Assembly (NCBI GenBank): GCA_003278225.1
Contig: QCGC01000003.1
Location: 30,877 to 94,876 of the forward strand
DNA from: Prochlorococcus sp. AG-363-P01
Lineage (GTDB): Bacteria > Cyanobacteriota > Cyanobacteriia > PCC-6307 > Cyanobiaceae
DNA length: 64,000 bases
Direction: 5' to 3'
Shown here: positions 49,030 through 60,390 of the stretch, piece after piece
Numbering within the stretch: the stretch's first letter is position 1
How the letters are laid out: each line of letters opens with the position of its first letter
Made by a program: the position numbers and the translations under genes
The notes under the pieces: model-generated
Told to the model about the DNA's origin: nothing
What the model saw: only the letters and a program-made list of their open reading frames with translations
Databases searched by the model: none

Positions 49030-50208
49030 ATGCGATTACTAATCAGTACAGGTGAGGTCTCTGGAGATTTACAAGGAAGTTTTTTAATTCAAGGGTTAAA
49101 GCGTGAAGCGATAAAACGTTCGGTTTCGCTCGAAGTTATTGCAATTGGAGGGCCTCGCATGGAGGCGGCTGGAGCAGAGCTCATTGCAAACACATCCTCT
49201 ATTGGATCAATAGGCTTTTTTGAAGCATTACCTTTGATTTTGCCAACGCTAAAAGTGCAGAGCAAAGTTCAGAAATTCTTAAAGAAGAAACCTCCAGATG
49301 CCGTTGTCCTAATTGATTACATGGGACCAAATATTCGCTTGGGTAATAAGTTAAGGAAAGAAAAATTAGATATTCCTATTATCTACTACATAGCTCCTCA
49401 AGAATGGGCGTGGCGATTAGGTGATGTTGGAACTACTGATTTAATTGGTTTTTCAGATAAAATTTTAGCGATTTTTAAAATCGAGGCTGATTTCTATCGA
49501 GAGAAAGGCGGTGATGTTAGCTGGGTAGGGTATCCAATGATTGATATGCTGCGTCCTTTGCCAAAACGGCCTAGGGCTTTAGAAAAACTTGGAATCAGTC
49601 AAGATAAAAAAATTTTATTACTCCTTCCAGCATCTAGATCTCAAGAAGTCCATTACTTAATGCCAATTTTGGCGGAGGCTGCTGCTTCTCTTCAGAAGTA
49701 TGACCCTTCTATTTATGTTTTGGTTCTTGCTGGCTCCACTCAGTTTGAAGAATCTATTAATGAACTCTTATCAACTGCAGGAGTTGAAGGACGAGTTGTT
49801 CCGGCAGATCAGACTGATGAACTTAAACCATTTCTTTTCTCCGCTGCGGAACTTGCTTTAGGAAAGTCAGGAACAGTTAATATGGAGTTGGCATTGAATG
49901 GAATTCCCCAAATTGTGGGATATAAAGTAAGTCGAATTACTGCTTTTATTGCAAGAAAGATTCTTCGATTTAATGTTGACCACATTTCACCAGTAAATTT
50001 ATTATTGAATGAGCGCTTAGTACCTGAGCTTGTGCAAGAAGAGTTCACACCAGAAAAAATTTGTAATCTCGCAATCCCTTTGCTTGAGAATTCTGAGGAT
50101 CGTCGAAAAATCCTAAAAGGATATGAGCGATTGAGAGAAGGTCTTGGTTCTCCTGGCGTGACTGATAGAGCAGCAAAGGAAATTCTTGACTTAGCAGAGC
50201 AACTATGA
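49030..50208 (+). CDS. lpxB: Lipid-A-disaccharide synthase
   Basis: [27 protein letters not shown]. Confidence 0.96.
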   Translation: MRLLISTGEVSGDLQGSFLIQGLKREAIKRSVSLEVIAIGGPRMEAAGAELIANTSSIGSIGFFEALPLILPTLKVQSKVQKFLKKKPPDAVVLIDYMGPNIRLGNKLRKEKLDIPIIYYIAPQEWAWRLGDVGTTDLIGFSDKILAIFKIEADFYREKGGDVSWVGYPMIDMLRPLPKRPRALEKLGISQDKKILLLLPASRSQEVHYLMPILAEAAASLQKYDPSIYVLVLAGSTQFEESINELLSTAGVEGRVVPADQTDELKPFLFSAAELALGKSGTVNMELALNGIPQIVGYKVSRITAFIARKILRFNVDHISPVNLLLNERLVPELVQEEFTPEKICNLAIPLLENSEDRRKILKGYERLREGLGSPGVTDRAAKEILDLAEQL

Positions 50209-50849
50209 GACAAATTATCCGGTTAATAAGTTCATTGACGTTATCTTTTTACCTTGGGTTAATTTTACTTTTTTTCCCAGGTGTATTACATGCCAGTGAG
50301 CAGGAGGCAATTTTTGCGGGGGGCTGTTTTTGGTGCTTAGAGCATGATTTGGAAGACCTTTCAGGAGTTTCTTCAGTAGAAAGTGGCTATAGCGGAGGTT
50401 CTTTGCCTAATCCAACTTATCGAGATCATCAAGGTCATCAGGAAGCTGTGCTTGTCAGGTTCAACCCTTCAAAAATAAGTTACCAAAAACTTTTGAGGAG
50501 TTATTGGCGTAATGTTGACCCGCTGGATGGGGGGGGGCAATTTTGTGATCGTGGGAATTCTTATCGCCCTGTGATTTTTGTCAGAGATGATAATCAGCGA
50601 AAAGATGCAATTCAAAGTTTAGAGTTTGCGGCTAATGAATTAGGGGAACAAAATGATAGTATTAAACTTGAAATTAAAGACTTTAAGAAGTTTTGGATTG
50701 CTGAGGATTATCATCAGAATTTTGCTAAGTTGAATTCTCTTAAATATAATTTTTATCGTTATAGCTGTGGCAGGGATAAAAGACTAGAAGAAATATGGGG
50801 GCAAGAAGCAAGAACAAATGAAAAGTGGAGAGGAGGTGAGCAAATATAA
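50205..50849 (+). CDS. msrA: Peptide-methionine (S)-S-oxide reductase
   Basis: AGGCFWC, GYSGG, AEDYHQ; signal peptide. Confidence 0.95.
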   Translation: MRQIIRLISSLTLSFYLGLILLFFPGVLHASEQEAIFAGGCFWCLEHDLEDLSGVSSVESGYSGGSLPNPTYRDHQGHQEAVLVRFNPSKISYQKLLRSYWRNVDPLDGGGQFCDRGNSYRPVIFVRDDNQRKDAIQSLEFAANELGEQNDSIKLEIKDFKKFWIAEDYHQNFAKLNSLKYNFYRYSCGRDKRLEEIWGQEARTNEKWRGGEQI

Positions 50850-50967
50850 TAAAAACATTAAGAAATGACGTTAAATGGGTATTTTTTTCGGTGAAGATTC
50901 GGCTAACCTCCTGTTCTTTTTTGCTTAAGCGCATTAACATATTGCCCAGATTAAGAAAAGGAGATGT

Positions 50968-51180
50968 ATGTATCTGCTAACAGTTAAAGATGGTCTTTTG
51001 ACTAGGCATGTTGGCCCTTACGTGACACCTAAGCAAGCATCAGAAGATCTAGAAAGGATTCTTTCCTCATGTACAGATAGAGCTCGCTGGCAAATTCATG
51101 CTTTAGAAAGTCCTATGGAAAGATCTTTTTCTGAAAGGATTCACGAAAGGGAAAATGTTTTCACAGCAGCAGCTTCTTAA
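50968..51180 (+). CDS. Hypothetical protein
   Basis: AGGAG RBS; RHVGPY..RARWQIHALE. Confidence 0.75.
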   Translation: MYLLTVKDGLLTRHVGPYVTPKQASEDLERILSSCTDRARWQIHALESPMERSFSERIHERENVFTAAAS

Positions 51181-51299
51181 AGTGACTTCTTTCGAGAAAC
51201 CTTTAAATTCACCTCAATTTTTAATTATTACCTACATAATCTGTCTCTTTGATTAAAAAGAGCTCAGGAAATATTTAATTTTTAATGATTTTTTGATTG

Positions 51300-52781
51300 T
51301 TAACTACGTTTAATAAAATGACAAATCCAGTTAACTAATGTCCTCACCCCATAGCCAGTAGCCCCTGCAGGATCTATACCACGATCTTTATCTGTCCAAA
51401 CAGTTCCAGCGATATCTATGTGTGCCCAAGGGATTTTACTGTCTACAAACTCCTTAAGAAAAAGTCCAGCAGTTATTGACCCTCCGGCTCTTGGACCAGT
51501 GTTTTTAATATCTGCAAGCATGGACTTTAAACCTTCTTTATAAGAGTCTTTCAAAGGCATACGCCATATTCCTTCTCCTGAATTATTTGCTGCATTTATT
51601 AATGCCTCGCCTAGATGATCATCTGTAGTCCAAAGGCCTGCTATTTCATCTCCTAATGCGATAACGCAAGCACCTGTGAGAGTTGCAAGATCGACTATTG
51701 CATTTGGCCTTAATTCACATGCATAAACAAGTGCATCTGCCAGCGTCAGTCTTCCTTCTGCGTCAGTGTTATTTATTTCTATAGTTTTCCCATTTGATGC
51801 ATGCACTATGTCTCCAGGGTGAACTGCTGAGCCATTTACCATGTTTTCACAAGCTGCCACGATGAAGTGAACTTCAATATCTTTGGGGGCTAGCTCTGCA
51901 ATTGCTCTCGCAGCTCCTATTACCGCAGCACTTCCACCCATGTCGAATTTCATCATTTCGATTTGGGCTGCTCCTACTTTTAAGTTGTATCCACCTGAGT
52001 CAAATGTCAGGCCTTTCCCGACTAAAGCAACACGCTGCTTAACTTCACCTTTAGGCCGATAGGTGAGATGAATAAATTTGGGAGTCAGATCTGAGCCTTG
52101 AGCAACAGCTAGATAGGCTCCCATCTTTCTTTCTTGACATTCTTGCCTGTTTAGAATTTTTACTTCTAGTCCATATTCACTTGCTATTGAAACAGCTTCT
52201 TCTGCCAGAACTGAAGGTGTAAGTTTGTTTGGTGGAGCTCCGACTAGCTCTCTGGCAAGTTCAACTCCTGCACATATTGGTGAGATTTCTCGGAGATATT
52301 TTTCTGCTGATTTAGTGATACCAAAAAATTCAAGTGATTTTGGCAGGACTTTTGGCTCTGGTTTGCTTCGAAACCGGTTGTCTTCAAAAAGTGAAAGTCG
52401 AACTGCTTCTCCAGTAGCTTTGATTACTGACTCTGGGGTAAATAGATCCCAAGGGAGAATGATTCCTAATTTTCCAGAGTTGCCAATGCTTGCCCGGGCA
52501 CCTATTGCAGCTGCTTTGCGAAGATCATTTAAAAGAAGATTCTCAGGTTGGCCAAGTCCTATGAGGATAAATTTGTTCGGGGTAGACTCTAAGAAATTAC
52601 AAGAAAAGAGCTCACCAGTTTTTCCATGGAAGTTGTTTTCTTTGAGCCTCGCAGCTAGAGAGATTCCCTTTGGGAGTTCAAGTTTGCCAAGTTGTTTTTC
52701 AAAATCATCTGCGAAGACACCTAAAATCAATGTGGATCCATCCCAATTTTTGATCTCTCCAGGATTGATCGAAATTTCCAT
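51300..52781 (-). CDS. pepA: Leucyl aminopeptidase
   Basis: VGKGLTFDSGG, NTDAEGRL, ATLTGA. Confidence 0.96.
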   Translation of the reverse strand: MEISINPGEIKNWDGSTLILGVFADDFEKQLGKLELPKGISLAARLKENNFHGKTGELFSCNFLESTPNKFILIGLGQPENLLLNDLRKAAAIGARASIGNSGKLGIILPWDLFTPESVIKATGEAVRLSLFEDNRFRSKPEPKVLPKSLEFFGITKSAEKYLREISPICAGVELARELVGAPPNKLTPSVLAEEAVSIASEYGLEVKILNRQECQERKMGAYLAVAQGSDLTPKFIHLTYRPKGEVKQRVALVGKGLTFDSGGYNLKVGAAQIEMMKFDMGGSAAVIGAARAIAELAPKDIEVHFIVAACENMVNGSAVHPGDIVHASNGKTIEINNTDAEGRLTLADALVYACELRPNAIVDLATLTGACVIALGDEIAGLWTTDDHLGEALINAANNSGEGIWRMPLKDSYKEGLKSMLADIKNTGPRAGGSITAGLFLKEFVDSKIPWAHIDIAGTVWTDKDRGIDPAGATGYGVRTLVNWICHFIKRS

Positions 52782-52819
52782 TTGCCTTTAGTTTGATTGA
52801 ATTATGTTAAACACTTTTT

Positions 52820-53419
52820 TCAGTTGATTTCAGCAGTGAAGGGTGTAGACCAATGTCTTCTTGTTTCTTTATTAAAAGGTGGTAGCCATCTTTTAATAAG
52901 TATTTGTTCTAATTTCCTTCGAGAACGTGTCTCTTGAGGAACATCAGACCAGAAACGGATAGTGAGTTGACTTTTAATCCGTACATTTGCAAGAGCTTCA
53001 GAGTAGGCCGATAGGTAAGACTTGCAGTCGTGACTTCCTTTCCACCGACGATTTGCAGCAATCGTCTCGCCTATATAGAGCAAGATGTGTGATTCTGAAT
53101 TTTCCAGTTGGTCCATTACTAAGTAAATTGCAGGACCCTGATGCGGACAATCTGGCCATCTCCAGAAACTTAATGGTAAGGGGGTGAGTTTGAGTGGCTC
53201 TATGGCATCAATTCGAATGTTCTCGTCTTTGCTAAAAAGAGAACCTTGCTGATGAATATTGTTGTCTCCTTTAAATAGCTTGTTTTGATAGATCTGGATT
53301 CTCTGTTGCCAATCTTTTAAAAGTTCTTTGCTAAGGCTTAATTCATGGATTTCGGATTTGGGGATATGATTCGATTCATCTCCATTGAAAAGCCTTTTTT
53401 GGTAACTCCATCTTTTCAT
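52820..53419 (-). CDS. GIY-YIG-like hypothetical protein
   Basis: AIYLV..LLYIGET..RRW..HDCK, PFN. Confidence 0.75.
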   Translation of the reverse strand: MKRWSYQKRLFNGDESNHIPKSEIHELSLSKELLKDWQQRIQIYQNKLFKGDNNIHQQGSLFSKDENIRIDAIEPLKLTPLPLSFWRWPDCPHQGPAIYLVMDQLENSESHILLYIGETIAANRRWKGSHDCKSYLSAYSEALANVRIKSQLTIRFWSDVPQETRSRRKLEQILIKRWLPPFNKETRRHWSTPFTAEIN

Positions 53420-53609
53420 TGGTCTGATTCCCCTACTTTCTTTTCCAAGTGATTTTGAGCAGAATTCAATTCAAATTGCTTTGAGCCAACCTGCGAGATT
53501 CTTGAACATCATGGATAATCTAATAGATTTTATAATTAATCAAGGTAGGCTGGTCTGCTTTAGCAGTTTCGGTGCTGTGCCATTAACGGCAAGTTGCTAA
53601 GGAAAAAAC

Positions 53610-53924
53610 ATGGTGTTCTTTGAATCCGAAATTGTTCAGGAGGAAGCTAAAAAGCTTTTTACTGATTACCAAGAACTTATGAAGCTTGGATCTGATTACG
53701 GTAAGTTTGACCGTGAAGGTAAAAAGATGTTTATAGATACTATGGAAGCTCTTATGGAGAGATACAGAGTATTCATGAAGCGCTTTGAACTTTCTGAAGA
53801 TTTCCAAGCAAAAATGACTGTAGAGCAATTGCGAACTCAGCTAAGCCAATTTGGCATTACACCTGAACAGATGTTTGATCAGATGAATACAACATTGAAC
53901 AGAATGAAGTCTCAACTTGACTAA
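53610..53924 (+). CDS. DUF1825 family protein
   Basis: FFESEIVQEEA, YGKFDREGK, RFELSED. Confidence 0.9.
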   Translation: MVFFESEIVQEEAKKLFTDYQELMKLGSDYGKFDREGKKMFIDTMEALMERYRVFMKRFELSEDFQAKMTVEQLRTQLSQFGITPEQMFDQMNTTLNRMKSQLD

Positions 53925-53983
53925 TTTTTTAGTTCCGTATGGAATGAACCACTACGATTTCCTGATATAAAGATGATCTACCC

Positions 53984-55234
53984 ATGTCGGTAAAAAATAT
54001 TGCATTGCCGGCCTGGTTGGAGAGGGGAGTAGCAGATCTTTTCCCTGCAGGAACCAGCGAAGAATTAGAGAAGAACCTGGCCTTACGTATTGCAGACTTT
54101 TCAAAAAAAGGAAAGCCATTGCGTGTCAAGTTAGGAATTGATCCAACAGGCAGTGAGATCCATTTGGGACATAGCATTCTATTTCGCAAGCTTCGAGCAT
54201 TTCAGGATGCAGGTCATACGGCGGTTTTGATAATTGGAGATTTCACTGCACGTATAGGAGACCCCACAGGTAAGAGTAAAACCAGAGTTCAATTATCGAC
54301 TAAAGAAGTAGAAAAAAATGCGATGACTTATTTGGATCAATTGGGTGCTGGCAAATCTCCTGAAAATGCTTTGTTGGATTTTGATACACCAGGTCGGTTG
54401 GAGGTTAGGCGTAATAGTGAATGGTTGTCAGACCTTGATTTGCTTAAAGTCATTGACTTGCTTAGTACTGCCACTGTTGGTCAAATGCTCGCTAAGGAGG
54501 ATTTTGGTAAAAGAACTAATTCGGGCATACCCATTTCTTTACATGAATTTCTCTATCCACTCCTTCAAGGCTATGACTCAGTAGCTGTTAATGCTGATAT
54601 TGAGCTTGGGGGTACTGACCAAAAGTTTAATGTTGCTATGGGAAGGGACCTTCAGCGCCATTTTAATCGAAAACAACAGTTTGGCTTGTTGTTACCAATA
54701 TTAGTTGGCCTTGATGGAGTCCAAAAGATGAGTAAAAGTGTTGGGAATACAGTTGGTCTTAATGAAGATGCATTGTCTATGTACTCTAAGTTGGAAAAGG
54801 TTCCTGATTCACTGGTAGATAGTTATTTAACTCTTTTAACTGATCTAAACATAGACAATTCATTACCTTCTAATCCTCGTGCTAAGCAGAAGGCAATGGC
54901 TTTAGCCGTTACAGCAAATTTTCATGGTCTGGCTGCAGCAGAAGCTGCCCAGGTTGATGCAGCGCGTTTACTCTTCGGGTCAAGTGATGAAATGGCTGAT
55001 GTTCGAGAAATCTCAATCTCCCCTGTCAATTTTCCGGCTAAGGCATTTTATTTGCTTAGTGTTATTGGATTATGTTCAAGCAGTAGTGAAGCTAGACGCC
55101 AGATTCAAGGAGGAGCAGTTCGATTGAATGGTAGTAAGCTTACAGATCCAAACCATGTATTTTTCGATGGAGATATGTTGGTTGGCAAAGTAATTCAACT
55201 AGGTAAAAAGACATTTAGAAGACTTACTAATTAA
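53984..55234 (+). CDS. tyrS: Tyrosine--tRNA ligase
   Basis: GIDPT..HLGH, GGTDQ, KMSKS, S4 domain. Confidence 0.97.
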   Translation: MSVKNIALPAWLERGVADLFPAGTSEELEKNLALRIADFSKKGKPLRVKLGIDPTGSEIHLGHSILFRKLRAFQDAGHTAVLIIGDFTARIGDPTGKSKTRVQLSTKEVEKNAMTYLDQLGAGKSPENALLDFDTPGRLEVRRNSEWLSDLDLLKVIDLLSTATVGQMLAKEDFGKRTNSGIPISLHEFLYPLLQGYDSVAVNADIELGGTDQKFNVAMGRDLQRHFNRKQQFGLLLPILVGLDGVQKMSKSVGNTVGLNEDALSMYSKLEKVPDSLVDSYLTLLTDLNIDNSLPSNPRAKQKAMALAVTANFHGLAAAEAAQVDAARLLFGSSDEMADVREISISPVNFPAKAFYLLSVIGLCSSSSEARRQIQGGAVRLNGSKLTDPNHVFFDGDMLVGKVIQLGKKTFRRLTN

Positions 55235-55253
55235 ACAAATATCATCAATCTAT

Positions 55254-55985
55254 ATGATTAAAGTGAAAGCTTCTTCTGAAAATTTAATCCTTGCATTGGA
55301 TGGAATGGATAAATTTGAGGTATTTAATCTTATTAATCAACTGCCTAAATTGAGATGGGTCAAAGTTGGATTAGAGTTGTTTTTAAGCGCTGGTCCAGAG
55401 GTAGTAACTAACTTAAAAGATCAGGGATTAAAGGTTTTTCTTGACCTCAAGTTTCATGACATACCTAAGACCATGGCATGTGCATGCAAGCAAGCCGCAA
55501 AAACGGGCGCAGAACTTATTACTGTGCATGCTTGCGCAGGTATAGATGCTTTGAAAGAGGCAAATGATGCTGCTGTTCAAGGGGCTTCTGAAATTGGGGG
55601 CCGTCCTCCTACTCTTTTGGCCGTAACAGTCCTGACAAGTTGGAATGCTCAGCGTCTTGCTAGTGAACTAGCTATTAATCAGCCACTAGAGAAAAGAGTT
55701 GAGTTATTAGCTCAGATAGCTATTGATTCAGGAATTGGAGGATGTGTTTGCTCGCCTTTAGAAGTAAGGGCTCTTAGGAATCTTTCGTCAGATTCTTTTG
55801 AGTTAGTGACACCTGGTATTAGATCGAAAGGCTTTGACCTCGGAGATCAATCGAGAGTAATGACACCCACTGAAGCCATAAATGCTGGAGCTTCTCGAAT
55901 AGTGATAGGAAGGCCAATAACAAACGCGAGTAACGTTATTGATGCATTTAACAGTTTCTGCAAGGAGTTAGAAAATATTAATTAA
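55254..55985 (+). CDS. pyrF: Orotidine-5'-phosphate decarboxylase
   Basis: [26 protein letters not shown]. Confidence 0.97.
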   Translation: MIKVKASSENLILALDGMDKFEVFNLINQLPKLRWVKVGLELFLSAGPEVVTNLKDQGLKVFLDLKFHDIPKTMACACKQAAKTGAELITVHACAGIDALKEANDAAVQGASEIGGRPPTLLAVTVLTSWNAQRLASELAINQPLEKRVELLAQIAIDSGIGGCVCSPLEVRALRNLSSDSFELVTPGIRSKGFDLGDQSRVMTPTEAINAGASRIVIGRPITNASNVIDAFNSFCKELENIN

Positions 55986-56578
55986 GACTGGCCAATTCTC
56001 GGCTCTTTGCCTGCTAATAATCGCTTAATATTGGCCTTATGTTTATATATAACTATTATCATTGTTATTACACTTAATCCAAAATATGCCGCCTTAAAGT
56101 TGCTATCTGAAAAACTAAAAAACATAAGAATTGGCAGGCTTAATGCCGCACTAATACTTGATACTGATACAATTCTGGTAAATGCTAGAACTCCAAGAAA
56201 AGTACCAAAGGATGCTAAGCCTACTTGCCAGGTAAGACCTAAAAGCATGCCTAGACCTGTTGCGACAGCTTTCCCTCCTTTCCCTCTAAGCCAAATAGGC
56301 CAAATATGGCCAACCAGTGCTGCCAGGCCGGCTGCTACTTGCCAGTAGTCATTTAGCTGGTAGCTTCGTGCAATTACTACAGGAAGTATGCCTTTGATTA
56401 CATCTATCAAGAAAACAATGAGGGCTGGGAATTTACCGACGTGTCGCAGAACGTTTGTTGCTCCTGTAGACCCAGAGCCTAATTCCCTTATGTCAATTTT
56501 TAAAATCCATTTTCCAGCTAGGTAACCACTTGGTATAGAACCAAGAAGATACCCCAATCCAATAATTAGTATTTCCAT
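55982..56578 (-). CDS. plsY: Glycerol-3-phosphate acyltransferase
   Basis: [29 protein letters not shown]. Confidence 0.95.
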   Translation of the reverse strand: MEILIIGLGYLLGSIPSGYLAGKWILKIDIRELGSGSTGATNVLRHVGKFPALIVFLIDVIKGILPVVIARSYQLNDYWQVAAGLAALVGHIWPIWLRGKGGKAVATGLGMLLGLTWQVGLASFGTFLGVLAFTRIVSVSSISAALSLPILMFFSFSDSNFKAAYFGLSVITMIIVIYKHKANIKRLLAGKEPRIGQS

Positions 56579-56597
56579 AGGGAGAGAAAATAATGTT

Positions 56598-57617
56598 TCA
56601 AAGGAGCTCTTCTTCTTCGTAAAGCTCATCAGGTTCAGCAGAGAATGCTAACCAAAGAGGGAATTGGAGTACAGGTATATCTACACTTTGTTCAGCAGCA
56701 TCTATAAGAATTAGAGGCACCTCGCCCCTTTCTTCTAATCTATCAGCACGTTCTAAAACTCCATTTGCTCTTTCGAATAGAACAATCCCACTGTTAGGTC
56801 CGAAATCTTCTCTTTCAAGACCTAGTGCATCTTGAAGACCACGTCTCCACTCCCCAAGTCGCTCAGGCTGCCCAGCTAAAATTAGCGTTTGAAATCGATC
56901 ACCATAAAGCTCTCCAAGAATAGAAATTAAGGCTGCACTAACTAATACATTTTTTGATCTGTTTCCTCTGCTTGGTTGAGCACCTCTGCCACCCATACTA
57001 AAGAACCAATCTTCAAGTAATTCAACATCTTTTTTGTCTAGGCTGCGGCGCAACTTCCAAGGATCAGCATAGAAGTCAGGCTGTCCAAGGAAATGCTCTA
57101 AACATTGACGAATAAGATTTTCATCAGGCTTAAAATTATCCGCAATTGCAGCAATTTGCTCTGTTGTATGATTGATTGGTTTGCTTTGCTCTTTGTCGAG
57201 AGGGGAAGGTTGGAGAACAACTGGCGCTGCAACTAATTCGAGTTGCTCAGCTGATTGAGCAAGACCTTGTAGAGCCCCTGTGAGGTAATCCTGAAAACCT
57301 TTCACTCGCCTAGCGATAAGGTCTGATTGACCAGTGAAGGTTTTCTTTATATCTTTTTCAAGTTCTGATTTGCGTTTAGTGAGTTCTTTTATTTCTTCTT
57401 TTAGCTCGTCTCGACGAGACTGAAGTTCTTTTAGGGCGATTTCTACAAGAGGCGTTAAATCAGATCTATAGGAGGGTTCGACTAATTGTTCAGCTTGGGG
57501 TGAGTTTTTTTCTATTAGTGTTTCTTTAGAGTTGCAAAGTTTAAAGGAAGGAGAATCATCTTCAGCAAGTTTGCTTGCTTGAGGATTGTTTGATGAAGGG
57601 AGATTTTGTTCAGCCAT
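56598..57617 (-). CDS. DUF3086 family protein
   Basis: [28 protein letters not shown]. Confidence 0.88.
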   Translation of the reverse strand: MAEQNLPSSNNPQASKLAEDDSPSFKLCNSKETLIEKNSPQAEQLVEPSYRSDLTPLVEIALKELQSRRDELKEEIKELTKRKSELEKDIKKTFTGQSDLIARRVKGFQDYLTGALQGLAQSAEQLELVAAPVVLQPSPLDKEQSKPINHTTEQIAAIADNFKPDENLIRQCLEHFLGQPDFYADPWKLRRSLDKKDVELLEDWFFSMGGRGAQPSRGNRSKNVLVSAALISILGELYGDRFQTLILAGQPERLGEWRRGLQDALGLEREDFGPNSGIVLFERANGVLERADRLEERGEVPLILIDAAEQSVDIPVLQFPLWLAFSAEPDELYEEEELL

Positions 57618-57645
57618 TAACTATGAAGGTTCAAACTTTCAATGA

Positions 57646-58077
57646 TCATGGTTTTGGGAGTTCCTTTTTCGGTTTTTCTAGAGACCCAACTCTTTTCCTT
57701 AATTGATCTTCAAGTGCTTTTGGATCAAACAGGATTGGTAAAAGATGAGGACTGGCTTCTTCTCTGAAGTAAAAGATTCCAGGGAGTGATGGCAGCAAAA
57801 GCCTCCAAGCTAGCCAATTTTTAAAAGGAAATCGTCGTAATTCACGATTTAATTGCCATACGATTAAATCATTAGGAGTAAACTCCAATCGTAAAATGCA
57901 TGATTGAATTAGAAGGAAAATTCCAAAAATACTTATTACAATAGATATCCAATGATTAATAGGAATTAAAATTAAAGAGAGGCCTAGAACTGTTATTAGT
58001 AAAGGCAAGCGAAAAAAAGGCTTTAAAGTGACACTATCAGAAGAATCTGGATTTTTTGTTTGGGAGATTGTAGACAT
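57646..58077 (-). CDS. DUF3119 family protein
   Basis: LRLEF, RRFPF..W, FYFRE..HLLPILFD. Confidence 0.88.
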   Translation of the reverse strand: MSTISQTKNPDSSDSVTLKPFFRLPLLITVLGLSLILIPINHWISIVISIFGIFLLIQSCILRLEFTPNDLIVWQLNRELRRFPFKNWLAWRLLLPSLPGIFYFREEASPHLLPILFDPKALEDQLRKRVGSLEKPKKELPKP

Positions 58078-58823
58078 TAGCCAAATAGGATTTGGGTTAA
58101 CAAAACATCAATCAAGCAGACACTAACAAGTGTCATTACGACTGCACCGGTGGTGCTGGTTCCAACTTCTTTTGGACCTCCTCTAGTGGTTAGCCCCCAT
58201 CCACAGGCTATTACTGCAATAAGAATTCCAAACACCACTGCTTTGATGAGCATGAAGGGAAGGTCACTAGGGTCTAGCCAATCACGGACAGAATTCCAGA
58301 ACACTCCAGGTGGAATTTGATATAAGGCTGTACTACTGATTTGACCACTCCATACTGCGACAAGAAAAAATAATAAGCATTGCACTGGTGCCATAATCAC
58401 CATTGCTATTAGCCTGGGAACAACAAGATATTCAACTGGATCAGTTTTTAACATCGTTATTGCATCAATTTGCTCTGTTACTTTCATTGTTCCTAATTGA
58501 GCGGCATAGGCTGTTGCGACTTTCCCAGTGAGGAGTGTTGCGGTAAGAAGCGGAGCAATTTCTCTTGCTAAACCTAGTGCTAAGAGGCCTCCTACTTGTG
58601 ACCCTACTCCTTGTCTGCTTAGTGCGGCTGCTACTTGGATATTGAAGACTGCGCCTGCAGCAATGGCAGTTATTACAACAATTAGAAAGCTATCTGGACC
58701 GGCTTCTAAGAGTTGATCAAACAAGTCAACTCTATTGATCTTTCCACGGAAGGTGGCAGCTACGGCTTGTCCTCCAATTGTGAGGCTGTTCCCAAGCCTT
58801 CTTAACCAAATTGGTATTTTCAT
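58077..58823 (-). CDS. mlaE: MlaE-family lipid ABC transporter permease
   Basis: REIAP, GTMKVTEQIDA, LVVPR, GG..VG.STT. Confidence 0.9.
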   Translation of the reverse strand: MKIPIWLRRLGNSLTIGGQAVAATFRGKINRVDLFDQLLEAGPDSFLIVVITAIAAGAVFNIQVAAALSRQGVGSQVGGLLALGLAREIAPLLTATLLTGKVATAYAAQLGTMKVTEQIDAITMLKTDPVEYLVVPRLIAMVIMAPVQCLLFFLVAVWSGQISSTALYQIPPGVFWNSVRDWLDPSDLPFMLIKAVVFGILIAVIACGWGLTTRGGPKEVGTSTTGAVVMTLVSVCLIDVLLTQILFG

Positions 58824-60220
58824 GAATTTCTGATTTTTAAGCTCTTACCTTTTTCAGACCAGCTTCGCATTGTCCAGATTCCGAAACCCACAAGAAAAGC
58901 GGGTATTAATCCCATACATATTCGGATAGTCAATTGTGCAATATTTGGTTGCTCAAGACACTCCGCCAAAGCATTGCAATCACTTGTTGATCGATACCCA
59001 GCTAATGAGAGTAAGACCCCAAGCAATTGAACGCTAATTCCAATACCAAGCTTTTGTATTAATACCATCCAAGCTGTATAAATCCCTGCGGGTTTTTCTT
59101 TGTCTGCATCGATTGCATCTGGGAGTAAAGACCAAGGAATTAGATAGGCAATAGAGGCACCAAACCCAACGATTAAAATGGTTGTTATTAGTGCGATCAT
59201 CTTTAGTCCCTCGACTTGTCCTACTTGTCCAAATCCCAATGAAGCAGTATCAAGAGAAAGGGCGGGTAGCATCATTGCAATGATGCAAGAAACTATCCAT
59301 AGACCACCTCCCCAATATAGAGCTGAGATTCTTCCATACTTGTTGGAATAAAGACTCCAGAATTGAAGGCCTAATAATGCACTGAATTGGAAAGGAATAG
59401 GGATCCATTTTGATAAATATATTGGTACATTCATAACTTGTTCTAAGTAAATTAACGAAACTGTTTGCATCAGCTGTAGGCCACACCAGAGCAAAAGATA
59501 AAGTCCAACAACCTGTAGAAATTTTTCGTTTTTCAGAACTCGCTTCAATTGAAGATGAAAACTTTCTCCGTGATTAATAGGTTTTCTAGCTGCTTTAGCA
59601 AAAGGTGCTAGACCCCAACAAGATACCAATGTGGCAATAGTTGCAATCGTGCCAGTAATTTTTCCCATTGTTATGTATCCATTACTGGCTCCGGAAAGAA
59701 GTCTTGCCGCAATAATGAGGCCACTTAGGCCTGCCAAAATCGAACCAGTAAATCTTGCAGCGTTTAATCTTGTCCGGATTCTTGTATCTTCAGTTAACTC
59801 GGTTGATAAAGCTGCGAATGGAAGGTTTACGGAGGTATAAGCGGTCATCAACAAAATCGCCACAATTATGTAGTAAGTGGTTTTTTGATTTAAATCCCCT
59901 GGAGGTACCCACCACATAGCCGCAAGACTTATACCAAGAGGTGCTGCTGCTCCAATCATCCATGGAAGTCTTGGACCCCATCGAGTGTTTGTGTGGTCAC
60001 TCATCCATCCAATTAGTGGATCGTTAATTGCATCCCAAATCTTGATGACCATTAAAAGAGAACCAGCTATTAAGGCTGGGAGTCCAGCTATGCCTGTGAA
60101 AAATGGAAACAAGTAAAAGCCTAATTGTGTCGCAGCTAGTCCAGTACCGGCATCTCCTAGGCCATAAGAGAGCATTAGTCTTCTTCGAGCCCCTTTTTTG
60201 AATATTGTGGTGTTAATCAA
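58820..60220 (-). CDS. glcH: MFS GPH-family (MelB-like) sugar transporter, GlcH type
   Basis: YGLGD, WDAINDPLIGWMSD, RTRL..ARF; start may be ATG 60175. Confidence 0.8.
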   Translation of the reverse strand: MINTTIFKKGARRRLMLSYGLGDAGTGLAATQLGFYLFPFFTGIAGLPALIAGSLLMVIKIWDAINDPLIGWMSDHTNTRWGPRLPWMIGAAAPLGISLAAMWWVPPGDLNQKTTYYIIVAILLMTAYTSVNLPFAALSTELTEDTRIRTRLNAARFTGSILAGLSGLIIAARLLSGASNGYITMGKITGTIATIATLVSCWGLAPFAKAARKPINHGESFHLQLKRVLKNEKFLQVVGLYLLLWCGLQLMQTVSLIYLEQVMNVPIYLSKWIPIPFQFSALLGLQFWSLYSNKYGRISALYWGGGLWIVSCIIAMMLPALSLDTASLGFGQVGQVEGLKMIALITTILIVGFGASIAYLIPWSLLPDAIDADKEKPAGIYTAWMVLIQKLGIGISVQLLGVLLSLAGYRSTSDCNALAECLEQPNIAQLTIRICMGLIPAFLVGFGIWTMRSWSEKGKSLKIRNS

Positions 60221-60305
60221 GCTCGTAAAGGGGGTACTCTCAAGGTCATAATGCAGTAGTGCTCCAACAAAGGCTCATCTTTCTTGGATGAACTTTTGCA
60301 TAAGT

Positions 60306-60376
<71 letters not shown>

Positions 60377-60390
60377 TAAATCGTTTTGAT

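Noticed and set aside
52225-52791. 188-aa + strand ORF and other short ORFs nested in core genes
   Set aside because: Antisense or out-of-frame shadows of well-supported genes such as pepA
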